From Takakia lepidozioides (Eukaryota > Plantae > Bryophyta), in assembly GCA_030704615.1 (NCBI GenBank), contig CM060731.1, positions 14,818,001 through 14,882,000 of the forward strand: DNA of 64,000 nucleotides, read 5' to 3'. Shown here piece after piece: positions 62,035 to 64,000 of the stretch. How positions within the stretch are numbered: position 1 is the first letter of the stretch; each line of letters starts with the position of its first letter. Under the pieces are notes generated by a model that made no database searches, had not been told where the DNA came from, and was given only the letters and a program-made list of their open reading frames with translations. The position numbers were made by a program, and so were the translations under genes.

Positions 62035-64000
62035 CAGCTCAAACAGTGTGCGTTGCCGCACACTGTTTGAGCTGCACATGTCACTGTTTAAGGGTGCAAA
62101 ATTCTTCCTTCAACGACACCTTTCTGAGGATGAAATGAACCCCGCACTGCCAGCTCAAACAGTGTGCGGCAACGCACACTGTTTGAGCAGATCTTTTCAA
62201 TGTTGTAGGGTGCAAAATTTGGCCTTGGAGTCAGTTATCTGCAGGTGAAATGAACCCTTCCCAGCCAGCCCAAACAGTGTGCGGCGCCGCACACTGTTTG
62301 AGCTGAACATTTCAATGTTTCTGGGTGCAAAATTTGGACTTCAGGGGCACCTTTCTGAGGATGGAATGAACCCTGCACTGCCAGCTCAAACAGTGTGCGG
62401 CAACGCACACTGTTTGAGCTGAACATTTCAATGTTTAAGGGTGCAAAATTTGGACTTCATGGGTACCTTTCTGAGGATGGAGTGAACCCTGCAATGCCAG
62501 CTCAAACAGTGTGCGGCAACGCACACTGTTTGAGCTGAACATTTCAATGTTTAAGGGTGCAAAATTTGACTTCATGGGTACCTTTCTGAGGATGGAATAA
62601 ACCCTGCACTGCCAGCTCAAACAGTGTGCGGCAACGCACACTGTTTGAGCTGAACATTTCAATGTTTCAGGGTGGAAAATTTGAACTCCAGGGGCACCTA
62701 TCTGAGGATGAAATGAACCCTACACTGTCAGCTTAAACAGTGTGCGGCAACGCATACTGTTTGAGCTGAACACTTCAATGTTTCAGGGTGCAAAATTTGG
62801 ACTTCAGGGGCACCAGTTTGAGGATGAAATGAACCCTTCAATGTCAGCCCAAACAGTGTGCGGCAACGCACACTGTTTGAGCTGAACACTTCAATGTTTC
62901 AGGGTGCAAAATTTGGACTTCAGAGGCACCTCTCTGAGGATGAGATGAACCCTTCACTGTCAGCCCAAACAGTGTGCGGCAACGCACACTGTTCGAGCTG
63001 AACATTTCAATGTTTCTGGGTGCAAAATTTGGTCTTCAGGGGCACCTGTTTGAGGATGAAATGAATCCTTCACTGTCAGCCCAAACAGGGTGCGGCAACG
63101 CACACTGTTTGAGCTGAGCACTTCAATGTTTCTTGGTGCAAAATTTGGACTTCAGGGGCACCTATCTCAGGATGAAATGAACAATGTGCTGCCAGCTCAA
63201 ACAGTGTGCGGCAACGCACACTGTTTGAGCTGAACATTTCAATGTTTCTGGGTGCAAAATTTGGTCTTCAGGGGCACCTGTTTGAGGATGAAATGAACCC
63301 TTCACTGTCAGCCCAAACAGTGTGCGGCAACGCACACTGTTTGAGCTGAACATTTCAATGTTATAAGGTGCAAAATTTGGTCTTCAGGGGCACCTGTTTG
63401 AGGATGAAATGAACCCTTCACTGTCAGCCCAAACAGTGTGCGGCAACGCACACTGTTTGAGCTGAGCACTTCAATGTTTCTTGGTGCAAAATTTGGACTT
63501 CAGGGGCACCTATCTCAGGATGAAATGAACACTGTGCTGCCAGCTCAAACAGTGTGCGGCAACGCACACTGTTTGAGCTGAGCATTTCAATGTTTTAGGG
63601 TGCAAAATTTGGTCTTGATGTCTGTTATGTGAGGGTGAAATGAACCCTTCACTGCCAGCTCAGACATTGTGCGGCAACGCACACTGTTTGAGCTGAGCAT
63701 TTCAATGTTTCTGGGTGGAAAATTTGAACTCCAGGGGCACCTATCTGAGGATGAAATGAACCCTACACTGTCAGCTGAAACAGTGTGCGGCAACGCATAC
63801 TGTTTGAGCTGAACACTTCAATGTTTCAGGGTGCAAAATTTGGACTTCACGGGCACCAGTTTGAGGATGAAATGAACCCTTCAATGTCAGCCCAAACAGT
63901 GTGCGGCAACGCACACTGTTTGAGCTGAACACTTCAATGTTTCAGGGTGCAAAATTTGGACTTCAGAGGCACCTCTCTGAGGATGAGATGAACCCTTCAC
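62035..64000. repeat. 116-bp tandem array (at least 17 units), each with a 40-bp palindrome
   Basis: cagctcaaacagtgtgcg-gcaa-cgcacactgtttgagctg recurs every ~116 bp to the end of the window. Confidence 0.95.

Larger units (their letters stand above)
56710..64000 (-). mobile_element. Autonomous-looking MULE, probably running off the window end
   Basis: Terminus agcgtagctacgg with gtgagc/gctcac subterminal repeats, homologous to 23315; contains the transposase. Inclusion of the tandem array is inferred. Confidence 0.55.

Noticed and set aside
62035-64000. CRISPR array
   Set aside because: The inter-palindrome segments are homologous to each other rather than unique spacers; no cas genes; eukaryotic TE context.

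Overview
Eukaryotic land-plant DNA, most likely a moss (inferred from a Physcomitrium-type MIKC* MADS gene). The first ~19.5 kb is a gene island: MIKC* MADS-box gene (+), CLP1/CLPS3 (-), plastid phosphoserine phosphatase (+, head-to-head with CLP1) and an intronless plastid HAD phosphatase (-). The remaining ~44 kb is a nested transposon field. The standout is an ~11 kb Ty3/Gypsy retrotransposon (28194-39150). It carries a DNMT3-like C5 cytosine methyltransferase inside its polyprotein between protease and RT, extra ORFs upstream of gag, and a self-priming PBS. Its LTRs are circularly permuted (B-internal-A-B-A) and bounded by a target-site duplication, as if a 2-LTR circle had integrated via a palindromic site inside the LTR. 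A related remnant (47708-49470, -) ends in integrase-PHD and shares the same LTR architecture. Also present: a decayed IS3EU/IS481-like transposase, a degenerate chromovirus with a micro-inversion, an apparently intact Mutator-like (GCM-like/DDE/SWIM) transposase beside a 116-bp palindromic tandem array, a non-autonomous relative of it, LINE fragments, MITEs and long hairpins. All calls are by eye; no searches were run.
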